From Acholeplasmataceae bacterium (lineage in GTDB: Bacteria; Bacillota_I; Bacilli_A; Acholeplasmatales; Acholeplasmataceae), in NCBI GenBank assembly GCA_041677585.1, contig JBAYPP010000001.1:1-35457 (forward strand): 35,457 nucleotides of DNA. Reading direction: 5' to 3'. The notes beneath the pieces are model-generated. The model saw only the letters and a program-made list of their open reading frames with translations, had not been told where the DNA came from and ran no database searches. Position numbers and translations under genes: made by a program. Of the stretch, positions 7,229 through 16,694 are shown in pieces (position 1 is the stretch's first letter; the number at the start of each line of letters is the position of its first letter).

Positions 7229-8224
7229 ATGAAAAGATTAGTATCAGGCATTAAGCCAACGGGCGAACTAACGCTAGGAAATTACTTGGGAGCCCTAAAG
7301 CAATTTGTAAAACTACAAGACGAGTTAAAAGACACTGAGTTCTTTATTTTTATTGCTGACTTACATGCAATAACAACCCCTCAAGACCGTCAGCACTTAA
7401 AGAAAATGATTAGAAGTGTGGCTGCTTTATACGTTGCTTGTGGTTTGGATCCAGAAAAAGTGAACTTATTTATTCAATCAGAAATACCAGAACATGCAAT
7501 GCTAGGTTATGTGATGGAGTCAACCGCTTATGTTGGTGAAATGGAAAGAATGACCCAATATAAAGATAAAAAGAAAAAACAGGAAGAAGGATTAAGAACT
7601 TCCCTTTTGACTTATCCCGCCTTAATGGCTGCCGATATTTTACTATATGATGCTAATTTTGTTCCAATCGGTGATGACCAAAAGCAGCACCTTGAATTAA
7701 CTAGAAATCTAGCGATTCGCTTTAATAATCAATACGGTGAAAGTTTTGTCGTGCCCGAAGGTTTTTTCCCAAAGACAGGAGCAAGAATTATGAGCTTAAC
7801 CGAACCGACTAGAAAGATGGATAAATCACACGATAATCCGAAATCCTATATCCTGTTGTTGGATGATCTAAATGCAGCCAGAAACAAAATAAAAAGTGCT
7901 GTAACAGACTCTGATGCTAAGATAAAATACGATGTAAAAAACAAGCCTGGAATTAGTAATCTCTTGACGATTTACGCTTCACTAAGCGATTTATCAGTTA
8001 ATGATATTGAAAAAAAATATAAGGATGAAAGCTATAAAATCTTTAAGGAAGATCTAGCGGAATTAGTGGTTCAAACATTAAAACCAATTCAAGAAAAATA
8101 CAATCAGTTAATAAAAAATCCCTATCTAGATCAAGTCTTGGATAGGGGTCGTGAAAACGCTCAAGGGATTGCTGCTCGCAAGATGCAGAAAATCTATAAA
8201 AAGATTGGCTTGGGACGTCTTTAA
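7229..8224 (+). CDS. trpS: Tryptophan--tRNA ligase
   Basis: 331 aa from the ATG at 7229 (MKRLVSGIKPTGELTLGNYLG...), with AGGAGG at 7217-7222. The ORF-track start at 7187 lies inside the T-box terminator. Class I signatures are present: TLGNYLG (HIGH-like) and KMDKS (KMSKS-like). Confidence 0.95.
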   Translation: MKRLVSGIKPTGELTLGNYLGALKQFVKLQDELKDTEFFIFIADLHAITTPQDRQHLKKMIRSVAALYVACGLDPEKVNLFIQSEIPEHAMLGYVMESTAYVGEMERMTQYKDKKKKQEEGLRTSLLTYPALMAADILLYDANFVPIGDDQKQHLELTRNLAIRFNNQYGESFVVPEGFFPKTGARIMSLTEPTRKMDKSHDNPKSYILLLDDLNAARNKIKSAVTDSDAKIKYDVKNKPGISNLLTIYASLSDLSVNDIEKKYKDESYKIFKEDLAELVVQTLKPIQEKYNQLIKNPYLDQVLDRGRENAQGIAARKMQKIYKKIGLGRL

Positions 8225-8225
8225 T

Positions 8226-9620
8226 CTAATTTATTGTTCCGTGATAATAGCGCTGATTGATGAGATAAAACTCTGTTTCAATCGGCGCTTTTTCCCAGAT
8301 TGAAAAGACGACAATCATTATGACAGAATAGGGTACTGCATATTGAACATTATCAATCAAACCGTGAATTTGACTAGCTAAATAACCAATCATAAATAAC
8401 CATTTTTCAAAGGTAATCCTCTTAAAGAAAAACTTGATGACTTCAATATAATGGACGATTAACGCAACAAGTCCCATTAATCCCATCGCCGCCAAAGCCT
8501 GAATGATTGTTGAGTGATACATGAACAAGCGGTTATTTGGATATACATTGTCCAATGATAGCCATCCGCCACCAAAGATTGGTTTTTGAAAAAAGATTTC
8601 TAGACCAGTTTCATATATTTTTAATCTGTTGGTCGTAAATTCATTTAAGCTTCCCTGAGTAGTACGCATGAATTCATCAAACCAGTTGCTGAAGACATCT
8701 TTAAAGCCCAGGAAGAGCGTCGTTACTAAGGCTAAAGCGATTAGCATCTGGATGACCACTCTTCTTCTTCCTTTAGTGCCAATTAGGATTGCCATTCCAA
8801 TTACACTTAGTGAAAAGCTCATAATTCCGCCTCTTGATTGCGATAATAAGACAACAATCATCCCCAAGATCATAACAAACCATAAAGGCCAATTTCGTTT
8901 TGCGTTCTTCATAATGAAATATAAATTAGCCGGTAGGGTTAAGGCAATATAAAAGCACATATCATTTACATTCGCCCAGCCTAAGTTTCGACCCCAACCA
9001 GCCAGTAGTCGTTGTGCAAGTGGTAAATCAGGATTAAGAAGAAAGCCACGATATATGTATACTCCTAATTGGGCAATAAACAGAAAGTTTAGAAACAGAA
9101 AGATATAAAAGATATAGCTGATTCTTCCTTTTGTGCTTGCTGTCAAGTATAAATAGAAAAACAAGTAAAGTAGTCCCAATATTGAAACAGGAATCGCATT
9201 GATTAAAAACGGAATTTGAATTGTCGATAATAGATATGAGATCGCAATCAAAGTTAGACCAAGGGTAAAATGCCCTTTTTTTATTGTTGGTCTAAATCTT
9301 AAATAATGAACGATAGGACCCGCGATGACTAAAAACAAAGCGATGTAAATCCACCATTCCGTAACGGCGGTGCTAAAGTCCATGTTACGCTTATTGATGA
9401 TGAACAAAAACGGCAACAACAATGGGGCTGCATATAATGTGTTTTCAAAGAAAGCTAAGACAACAAACAATGCTACCGCAAAGAAAAAGATGCCGATCAT
9501 GTTATATAGGTTAAAACTTAAAGGAGGTGTTTCCTTATAAAACAGCCACGCAATAAAAGTAATCCCAAAGATAAGCGCAATATAATATTTGCTGTTTAAA
9601 AACCGTTCCACCTTATTCAT
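8226..9620 (-). CDS. O-antigen ligase / Wzy_C-like polytopic membrane protein
   Basis: 464 aa with AGGAGG 4-5 nt upstream of the ATG at 9620. About 11-12 hydrophobic segments. The central LSQSRGGIMSFSL motif and the following loop are typical of the O-antigen ligase (Wzy_C) family. Assignment is by motif and topology only. Confidence 0.75.
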   Translation of the reverse strand: MNKVERFLNSKYYIALIFGITFIAWLFYKETPPLSFNLYNMIGIFFFAVALFVVLAFFENTLYAAPLLLPFLFIINKRNMDFSTAVTEWWIYIALFLVIAGPIVHYLRFRPTIKKGHFTLGLTLIAISYLLSTIQIPFLINAIPVSILGLLYLFFYLYLTASTKGRISYIFYIFLFLNFLFIAQLGVYIYRGFLLNPDLPLAQRLLAGWGRNLGWANVNDMCFYIALTLPANLYFIMKNAKRNWPLWFVMILGMIVVLLSQSRGGIMSFSLSVIGMAILIGTKGRRRVVIQMLIALALVTTLFLGFKDVFSNWFDEFMRTTQGSLNEFTTNRLKIYETGLEIFFQKPIFGGGWLSLDNVYPNNRLFMYHSTIIQALAAMGLMGLVALIVHYIEVIKFFFKRITFEKWLFMIGYLASQIHGLIDNVQYAVPYSVIMIVVFSIWEKAPIETEFYLINQRYYHGTIN

Positions 9621-9662
9621 AATTCCTCCTGTATATTATTAAAATTATAATTATTGTCTTTA

Positions 9663-9671
9663 ATTATACCA
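9663..9671 (-). promoter_or_regulatory. Extended -10 promoter candidate TGgTATAAT for the ligase-like gene
   Basis: The minus strand reads CATGGTATAATT, about 43 nt upstream of the ATG at 9620 and immediately after the MFS stop codon. Confidence 0.45.
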
Positions 9672-9677
9672 TGTATT

Positions 9678-10880
9678 TTATTTAACTTGAAATGAGCGAT
9701 ACTTCTGCTCATAAATCGCTAATCCGGTCGTAATTGCCAATCCAACCGCGGCAATAGCGATCCCCACATAGTAAGCACCCCTAAAGCTTCCGGTCGTATC
9801 TTCAAAGTAGCCCGCTACAAGCGGTCCAATCATTCCTGCGACTGAATAGGCAAGAAACATAATGCCATAGTTCAAACCTTGATTCTTCATCCCGAAATAA
9901 TAGCTTGTTAAAGAGGGGAAGATTACTAGAATTGCACCAAAGGTAGCACCCAAAAGCATAACCGCAATAAAGAAGATGACTGGTGTGTTTGATTGTGCTA
10001 ATAACAATAATGCGATTATCGTTCCAATTAAGCTAATTGTTAAGCCTTTATAGTAACCGATCTTATCCAAGATTAAACCAAATGTTTGACGGCCAATAAA
10101 GTTTGATAGGGTGCTGACACTGACGACAATTGATAATAAGAAACCGGTTAGTAAATATTGGTTTTCTGCAATCTTCGCAATTGAACTGATCATCATATTG
10201 CCAGCAGTACCTGCTGCTGCAAAAACAATGAATAACAGCCAGAAAAATGGTTTTTTCAGCATTTGCTTATAATTCATTTCATTTGGGTGTTCAATTTCTA
10301 TTCTAGGTTTAGAGACGGTCTTCATCATCCATGTTAAGGAAAGAACGCCAACTAGAAAAACAATTCCCAAGATCAGGAAGGTCGAACGAATAGCGCTAAT
10401 GCTATATGGCGAAGAACCTAACAAGCCTTTAACAAAGGGAGCCAACAAAAAGGGACCTAAGGCTGCGGCTCCTAATAGTAGGCCCGATACTAGACCCTTC
10501 TTATCCGGAAAATGTCTTAATGCCGTAATAAAGGAAGGATTATAGATTAACCCTGCACCAAGACCACCCATTACACCAAAGGTTAGGTAAAACTGCCAAA
10601 TCTCAGTGACAAACCCACTTAACAAAAAGCCCGATGCGAAAATCATACCGCCGACATAAAGCATTGGTGCGGCCTTTTTCTTATCAATATATACACCGCC
10701 TAGTATTCCAAAAATACCTAGGTTAATAATATAGATCGTAAAGCCTAAATTAACTTTGGACGCTTCCCAGCCAAAGACTTCACCATATGCACCCGAAAAG
10801 ACGCTGAAGATTGTTGAAGCGGCACTAAAGAAGATTAAAATCCAGGCTGTTAAAACAGTAAACCATCGATTGATTTTCAT
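9678..10880 (-). CDS. MFS transporter, oxalate/formate antiporter (OFA)-like
   Basis: 400 aa from the ATG at 10880 (MKINRWFTVL...), with GAGGT 5 nt upstream. The ORF-track start at 10943 lies in the upstream terminator region. Shows the 12-TM MFS layout with a central hydrophilic loop (KPRIEIEHPNEMNYKQMLKK). The N-terminal half resembles OFA-family members. Confidence 0.85.
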   Translation of the reverse strand: MKINRWFTVLTAWILIFFSAASTIFSVFSGAYGEVFGWEASKVNLGFTIYIINLGIFGILGGVYIDKKKAAPMLYVGGMIFASGFLLSGFVTEIWQFYLTFGVMGGLGAGLIYNPSFITALRHFPDKKGLVSGLLLGAAALGPFLLAPFVKGLLGSSPYSISAIRSTFLILGIVFLVGVLSLTWMMKTVSKPRIEIEHPNEMNYKQMLKKPFFWLLFIVFAAAGTAGNMMISSIAKIAENQYLLTGFLLSIVVSVSTLSNFIGRQTFGLILDKIGYYKGLTISLIGTIIALLLLAQSNTPVIFFIAVMLLGATFGAILVIFPSLTSYYFGMKNQGLNYGIMFLAYSVAGMIGPLVAGYFEDTTGSFRGAYYVGIAIAAVGLAITTGLAIYEQKYRSFQVK

Positions 10881-10910
10881 AAAATACCTCATTAAAATTT
10901 GATCTTCTTT

Positions 10911-10919
10911 ATTATAGCA
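10911..10919 (-). promoter_or_regulatory. Extended -10 promoter candidate TGcTATAAT for the MFS gene
   Basis: The minus strand reads AATGCTATAATAAAG directly downstream of the xyl-operon terminator, ~30 nt upstream of the ATG at 10880. Confidence 0.45.
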
Positions 10920-10927
10920 TTTTTGGA

Positions 10928-10958
10928 CAAAAAAAGAGAGCACAATTTTGTGCCCTCT
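10928..10958 (-). terminator. Rho-independent terminator ending the xylose operon
   Basis: The minus strand reads AGAGGGCACAA-AA-TTGTGCTCTCT (11-bp stem) followed by TTTTTTTG. It lies 26 nt after the SBP stop. Confidence 0.8.
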
Positions 10959-10983
10959 GATTTGACTTTTTTGTTAGTTTTGC

Positions 10984-12159
10984 TTATTCGTATTGTGAAA
11001 AGTCAATATTACTGAATGTAGCTTCGTTCTTGTCCTTATAACCAGTCTTGAAGATTAAGTCATAAGTTTTTTGCTTGTCGCTTGCTAATAATACGTCAAT
11101 TGTAGTGTAAGCTGTAGCTGCGCCGTCAATTGAAGGACCACTTGTCAAACCAGTTAATCCATCAACGCCGTCAACGATGTTCTTAGCAATCTTAACAGAG
11201 TCTTTAGATAGTTTTGAAGTATCTTTAAACACTGTCATTGTTTGAGTACCATTACCTTTAACTGGGTCGCCCATTAAGCTTGCAAGCGTAACGTTAGAAG
11301 CATCTTGTCCAGTTGTATAGTATCTTTCATATGGGTTATCCATATCACCAAATACGATACGAATGGCTGCAGATGTGTCATCATTTGGAGCTAGTACATA
11401 AACATCATCGCTACCCTTAGTCAAACCAGCAGTGACTGCTTGTGCTAAGTTAGTTGCTGTTCCTGGATTCCAGTCAGTATCAACCGGAGCCATTGCGGCT
11501 TGTAGAGCAACACGAGCAGCATCATTAAATGTAGCTTCTGTGTAATGCGCTAATGCTTCAACTTGAGTTTTATTTGAAGTGATGATGTTGAAGATTGCTA
11601 GCTTTGGTTGAATTGCTTCCATTGCTCCACCAAAGAAGTAAGTAGCGTTTGGCCAGTCAGCTGTTCTACCTGCAAAAATTGCAAGGTCAACTTTGTTCTC
11701 TGCAGTAGCACCATTTGCTTCTGCCATTTCAACTAAGTGTTTGCCCATTTCTTTACCAACGTTCCAACTGTTGAAAGTTGTATAGAAGTCAGCAACATTT
11801 GTATCACTCTTAGACATACGGTCATGAGCAATAACTTTTACACCTGCAGCTTTTGCAGCGTCAACTGCAGCAGCCCCCGAGCCGTGCGTAGTAATAATAA
11901 TTGCTTTCGCACCTCTAGTAATTAGAGCTTCAACGTTTTGAAGTTCTTTTGATTCGTCAGCGCCTGAGAATAAAATATCATACTCATACCCTGCCCCTAA
12001 TGCATCCAATTCTTTTTTCAAGAATTCGCCGTCTTGTCTAGCCCATCTTTCCTCAGCAGCATCAGGCAAAACTACACCAATCTTAATTTGCTTATCTGTA
12101 CAAGCAACTAGAATTAGTGCCATCATTAATGTAACACCTAAAACAATGAGTTTCTTCAT
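10984..12159 (-). CDS. xylF: Sugar (xylose-type) ABC transporter substrate-binding lipoprotein
   Basis: 391 aa with AAGGAG upstream. Lipoprotein signal MKKLIVLGVTLMMALILVAC with a lipobox Cys. Periplasmic-binding-protein type I features (IGVVLPD..., ...IITTHG...). Last gene of the xylA-xylB-xylG-xylH cluster. The gene symbol is by context; the protein may be closer to ChvE-type multiple-sugar binders. Confidence 0.8.
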   Translation of the reverse strand: MKKLIVLGVTLMMALILVACTDKQIKIGVVLPDAAEERWARQDGEFLKKELDALGAGYEYDILFSGADESKELQNVEALITRGAKAIIITTHGSGAAAVDAAKAAGVKVIAHDRMSKSDTNVADFYTTFNSWNVGKEMGKHLVEMAEANGATAENKVDLAIFAGRTADWPNATYFFGGAMEAIQPKLAIFNIITSNKTQVEALAHYTEATFNDAARVALQAAMAPVDTDWNPGTATNLAQAVTAGLTKGSDDVYVLAPNDDTSAAIRIVFGDMDNPYERYYTTGQDASNVTLASLMGDPVKGNGTQTMTVFKDTSKLSKDSVKIAKNIVDGVDGLTGLTSGPSIDGAATAYTTIDVLLASDKQKTYDLIFKTGYKDKNEATFSNIDFSQYE

Positions 12160-12198
12160 TCTTCTTCTCCTTTTTTTTTAGTGTATTTCTACACCTTA

Positions 12199-13617
12199 TT
12201 AAACACCATTGACAAACTCTTCTTCTTTCGAAGATCTGATTCGGTCCTTGATCTGGTTATATTGACCTTGTGCTTTCATCAATTCAAACTCAAGTTCTAA
12301 GACCTTTAAGTTGTCTTCTTTGTCGACAACTTTCAATGCTTTTTTCGCTTCTAGATAATTATTTCTAGCTAAAGCAAATTCTTCATTGTATTTAACTTTG
12401 GCATAATGTACACCAACTAAATCAATTGAGCGAACATTTCTTGTGTAAATATCAAAGATAACTGCTAACAACAATACTGCACCTAAAACAACAGGTTCAA
12501 TATTTGAAGGGAATCCGGCAAGCTTCATTCCGTTTTGGATTGACATAATTACAATCGCCCCGACAAATGAGTTAATTACTTTACCGACACCGCCATTAGC
12601 GCTTGTACCACCGATGTAGGTAGCGGCAATCGCATATAATTCCCATGATATTCCGTAATTCGGATTTGCTGTTCTTAACATCGAGACATACATCAGACCT
12701 GCAATCATTGTCAATACTCCCATTGATATAAAGACAAAGATAATTATTCTCTGAACACTGATACCTGATAGTTCAGCTGCATCTGGGTTGCCACCAACTG
12801 CGTATATTCGACGCCCTAAGACCGTTTTTGTCGTTAGGAAGTGATATACAATAACAACAATAATCGTAATGAAGATTAGATAAGATACGCCGCGATAAGC
12901 CGCTAAGGTATAGGTAATGAAGCCAATGATGATTGTTAAGAAAACTAATTTTGAAATCACCATTGATAAATCGTTGCCTTTAATTCCCACTTTTTTATCA
13001 TGTCGATAACGCAGGATTGACATGACCGCTAAAGTAATAATAACTAAAAACCCTAGGATTAGTGCCAGAAGGTTAAACGGTCCTACTTGATAACTGCTTA
13101 AGTAATTAACACCGATGATTCGAAAGAATTCGTGCGTAGCTGGGATTGTTGTACTATTTGTCTTTAACAATAGCATTCCCTTAAAGATAAACATCCCGGC
13201 CAGTGTAACTACAAATGACGGAACTCTGACTTTGGCAACTAAGAAACCTTTAATAAAGCCAATTACGATTGTAATAATCAAGGCTGTTATTAAGGCTAAT
13301 CCAACTGATGCTCCCGCATTTTCAACTTCAACAACAATGTATGCTCCCAAGAATGCGCCTAGGAAACCAACAGATAAGTCAATTTGACGCGTAACGATTA
13401 CCAATGTCATACCAACAGCTAAGACTGCGACATATGCTGTTTGGTTTAGAAGGTTAGTAAAATTTACAGGTCCTAAAAATAACCCTCCTGTAATTATCGA
13501 AAAAACACCAAAGATGACTACTAATGCAATATACATGCCGTAATCGCGAATGTTTGTTCGCAGCATTGAAATTATTTTCAAAAAATATTGTAATACTGGA
13601 TTTATTTTTTTCATCAT
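12199..13617 (-). CDS. xylH: Sugar ABC transporter permease (XylH/GguB type) with a ~70-aa C-terminal coiled-coil-like tail
   Basis: 472 aa. About 10-12 TM segments with the typical TRQIDLSVG and GGTSANGGVGK motifs of the monosaccharide (CUT2) permease family. Starts at an ATGATG doublet (13617/13614) just after GAGGTG. The hydrophilic C-terminal extension is described in findings. Confidence 0.9.
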   Translation of the reverse strand: MMKKINPVLQYFLKIISMLRTNIRDYGMYIALVVIFGVFSIITGGLFLGPVNFTNLLNQTAYVAVLAVGMTLVIVTRQIDLSVGFLGAFLGAYIVVEVENAGASVGLALITALIITIVIGFIKGFLVAKVRVPSFVVTLAGMFIFKGMLLLKTNSTTIPATHEFFRIIGVNYLSSYQVGPFNLLALILGFLVIITLAVMSILRYRHDKKVGIKGNDLSMVISKLVFLTIIIGFITYTLAAYRGVSYLIFITIIVVIVYHFLTTKTVLGRRIYAVGGNPDAAELSGISVQRIIIFVFISMGVLTMIAGLMYVSMLRTANPNYGISWELYAIAATYIGGTSANGGVGKVINSFVGAIVIMSIQNGMKLAGFPSNIEPVVLGAVLLLAVIFDIYTRNVRSIDLVGVHYAKVKYNEEFALARNNYLEAKKALKVVDKEDNLKVLELEFELMKAQGQYNQIKDRIRSSKEEEFVNGV

Positions 13618-13626
13618 ACACCTCTT

Positions 13627-15144
13627 CTAAACTGTAGCCATAGCCATGATTTTTTCTGCAGTTGCTTCTTCGCTAGTAAATTCAGCGGTCTGCACTCCCT
13701 CAGAAATTACATATATACGATCACACATTCCTAAGATTTCCGGTAATTCCGATGAAATCATTAAGATGCTCATGCCTTGTGCGACAAGGTCATTAATGAT
13801 TGTGTAAATTTCGAATTTTGAACCGACATCAATACCTCTTGTTGGTTCATCCAAAATCAAGATATTTGGTTCTGTGAATAGCCATTTACCAATTTGAACC
13901 TTTTGTTGATTACCTCCACTGAGGTTTCGTAATCTTTGGTGAATCGATGGTGTTCTAATACTTAGATTGCCAACATAACTTTCAGCTACTTCATCCTGTT
14001 TAGAAAAGTTCAAAATACCATTTCTAGAAATTTTTCTTAAAGCTGATAATGTAATATTTTCACTGATCGTTTCGGTTAGAATTAAACCATTTCTCTTTCT
14101 GTCCTCAGAAACATAGGCAATTCCGTTTTCAATTGCTGATGATGGTGAATTTAAATCGACCCGTTTGTCATTGACAATCACACCACCGCTTATCTTATAT
14201 TTCTTGGAGTTTCCAAAAATACTTAAAGCCAATTCTGTTCTTCCTGCTCCCATTAAACCTGCAATTCCGACAACTTCGCCACGATGTAGTTTAATGTTTG
14301 AGTTAAAAACAACATATCTTCCCTTTGTTTTATCGAATGAGTTGAGATTAATTGTCTCTAGGACGATATCTCCGCCTTTGTATGGGGGGCGTTTTGGAAA
14401 AATATTGCCAATTTCACGACCAACCATGTGTTTAATAATAACTTGTTCATCGAGTTCATCTTTTTCCATTCGTGCAACTACACGTCCGTCTCGTAAGATT
14501 GTAACTGAATCTGCAATTGAGATGACTTCTTTTAATTTATGTGAAATCATTATCGAAGTTACACCTGATTTTTTAAGTTCTTTTAGTAAGTTCAGTAAGT
14601 TTTTGCTATCATCTTCGTTTAACGCGGCGGTTGGTTCATCAAGAATTAAAACTTTTACTTGTTGACTTAATGCCTTAGCAATTTCAACTAGTTGTTGCTT
14701 ACCAACGCCTAACGTTCCAACATGGTCGTAAATATCCACATCAAGACCGACCATATCAAGATAGCGTTTTGTTTCCTCTCTTGTTTTTTTCCAATCTACT
14801 AGAAATTTATTATTAACCAATTCATGTCCAACAAAGACATTTTCATATACTGTTAGGTCCGGAAAAAGAGCGAGCTCCTGATTAATGATTACTATACCTG
14901 AATTCACTGAATCCCTAATACCGTTAAATGCCTTTACCTCACCTTGAAAAACAATATCTCCTGAATAAGTACCCGGTCCATGAATACCACTTAATACCTT
15001 CATTAGGGTTGATTTACCAGCACCGTTTTCGCCGACTATACAATGAATCTCACCTTCATTGACATGAAGTGTAACATCGTCAAGTGCTTTAACACCAGGA
15101 AATTGTTTTGTGATTGAGCGCATTTCTAAAATTGTTTTGTTCAA
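13627..15144 (-). CDS. xylG: Sugar ABC transporter ATP-binding protein, duplicated ABC domains (XylG type)
   Basis: 505 aa. TTG start at 15144 with GAGGTG 6 nt upstream (alternative ATG at 15123). Walker A GENGAGKST. The segment SGIHGPGTYSGDIVF parallels the E. coli XylG segment GIYPHGSYEGEIIF. The second domain carries the LSGGNQQK signature. Confidence 0.92.
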   Translation of the reverse strand: MNKTILEMRSITKQFPGVKALDDVTLHVNEGEIHCIVGENGAGKSTLMKVLSGIHGPGTYSGDIVFQGEVKAFNGIRDSVNSGIVIINQELALFPDLTVYENVFVGHELVNNKFLVDWKKTREETKRYLDMVGLDVDIYDHVGTLGVGKQQLVEIAKALSQQVKVLILDEPTAALNEDDSKNLLNLLKELKKSGVTSIMISHKLKEVISIADSVTILRDGRVVARMEKDELDEQVIIKHMVGREIGNIFPKRPPYKGGDIVLETINLNSFDKTKGRYVVFNSNIKLHRGEVVGIAGLMGAGRTELALSIFGNSKKYKISGGVIVNDKRVDLNSPSSAIENGIAYVSEDRKRNGLILTETISENITLSALRKISRNGILNFSKQDEVAESYVGNLSIRTPSIHQRLRNLSGGNQQKVQIGKWLFTEPNILILDEPTRGIDVGSKFEIYTIINDLVAQGMSILMISSELPEILGMCDRIYVISEGVQTAEFTSEEATAEKIMAMATV

Positions 15145-15184
15145 AAGCTACACCTCGCTTAATCCATTTTTTCTATTATCTATC

Positions 15185-15213
15185 ATTTTACATCAAAATC
15201 CAATTTTTGTAAA
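15185..15213 (-). promoter_or_regulatory. Candidate internal promoter TTTACA-17-TAAAAT upstream of xylG
   Basis: Minus strand: TTTACA (15213-15208), a 17-nt spacer, then TAAAAT (15190-15185), within the 90-nt xylB-xylG gap. An all-A/T 9-bp hairpin (15212-15232) overlaps the -35. Confidence 0.4.
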
Positions 15214-15235
15214 TTTTTTGGGTCAAAAAATTGAT

Positions 15236-16690
15236 TCAATACAGGTTTTTGATAACCGGATATAATCTTAAGTACATCTTATATTTGGTCGAATAAACAG
15301 CGAAATTTTCCTCATTTGGCAGAAAGATTTGCTTCGGTTCGATTAACTCTTCACAAATTTCAGCAATATTTCTATCTTTTTTGAAACCGGCTATTGCCAA
15401 TAATGCTGCGCCAAAGGCTGGACCTTCTTCAATTTTGATTGTCTCAACTTTGACTTGACAAATATCAGCAATCATTTGAGCCCAAATAGCGCTTCTTGCA
15501 CCTCCGCCAGTAATTCTGATTTGTTCAATCTTGTGACCTAAATCAGAAATTAAATCAAAGCTTTCCTTTAGTGCATATGTTATACCTTCAACAACGGCTC
15601 GATCCATATGTTCTTTCCTGTGATCCATTGTTAGACCAAAGAAGACGCCTTTTGCTTTTGGATCATTAATTGGAGCTCTTTCTCCGTTTAAATACGGTAA
15701 GAAATATAATGTGTCATCAATCGGCGTTTGATTTAGCTTAAAGAATAAATCATCATAATTGAACTCTTTGAAGACACCTTCAGTCCACCATTTCAAAGCT
15801 CCTGCTGCATTTAGAATAACACCCATCATATGATAGTTTCCAGTTGCGTCTCTATATGACTGAAGGTAACTCTTTCTATCAACCGAAAATGCGTCTGTTG
15901 CGACATATACCACGCCACTTGTTCCTAAGGAAATGCTGCATTTACCAGAAACAACTGTCCCAACACCAACTGCTCCAACAGCCTGGTCTCCACCGCCTAT
16001 GATAATCTTTACATCATTTGCTAAACCCAGTTGTCTTGCAATGTCTGCCTTTAATGTGCCAATCACATCGCTACTTTCAAATACCTTTGGCAATTGTGAT
16101 TCCTTAATTCCCAAAAAATCAAGTATCACTTTACTGTAACGTCTGTTTTTGACATCAAAATACAAGGTTCCAGATACATCCGACACATCAGTTGCGAATA
16201 CACCTGATAATTTATATGCCAAATAATCTTTTGGCAACATTATCTTATTAATCTTGGCAAAATTTATTGGTTCATTATTTTTAAGCCATAAGATCTTGGG
16301 TGCTGTTAAGCCGGTTAATGCAATATTCCCTGTTTCAGTCAACAAACAATCAACACCAATTTTCTCATTTAAAGTTTCAACTTCCTTTTGTGTTCTTTGA
16401 TCATTCCATAAAATTGCTGGCCTAATCACTTGATCATCTTGATCTAAAACAACCATTCCATGCATCTGTCCAGAAAAGGCAATTGCCTTAATTTCTTGCT
16501 CATAGCCGTTAACGGCTTCGCCTAAAGCAATGATTGCCTGTTTATACCAACCTTCCGGATCTTGCTCTGTCCAACCAGGCTTGGGGCTTAACAGAGGATA
16601 GTTTTTTGAAACTTTCGCTTTTAAATCGCCTTTTTCATCAATCAAGATGACTTTTACACCGGAGGTTCCTAAATCAACACCGATATACAT
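15236..16690 (-). CDS. xylB: Xylulokinase
   Basis: 484 aa. N-terminus MYIGVDLGTSGVKVILIDEKG, GWTEQDPEGWY, and the FGGY-family C-terminal GGGARS motif. Sits 4 nt downstream of xylA. Confidence 0.93.
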   Translation of the reverse strand: MYIGVDLGTSGVKVILIDEKGDLKAKVSKNYPLLSPKPGWTEQDPEGWYKQAIIALGEAVNGYEQEIKAIAFSGQMHGMVVLDQDDQVIRPAILWNDQRTQKEVETLNEKIGVDCLLTETGNIALTGLTAPKILWLKNNEPINFAKINKIMLPKDYLAYKLSGVFATDVSDVSGTLYFDVKNRRYSKVILDFLGIKESQLPKVFESSDVIGTLKADIARQLGLANDVKIIIGGGDQAVGAVGVGTVVSGKCSISLGTSGVVYVATDAFSVDRKSYLQSYRDATGNYHMMGVILNAAGALKWWTEGVFKEFNYDDLFFKLNQTPIDDTLYFLPYLNGERAPINDPKAKGVFFGLTMDHRKEHMDRAVVEGITYALKESFDLISDLGHKIEQIRITGGGARSAIWAQMIADICQVKVETIKIEEGPAFGAALLAIAGFKKDRNIAEICEELIEPKQIFLPNEENFAVYSTKYKMYLRLYPVIKNLY

Positions 16691-16694
16691 GATG

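Noticed and set aside
8152-8165. cre-like TGAAAACGCTCAAG inside the 3-prime end of trpS.
   Set aside because: It has two mismatches at the conserved 3-prime CA positions, lies deep inside a housekeeping coding region, and has no plausible target.
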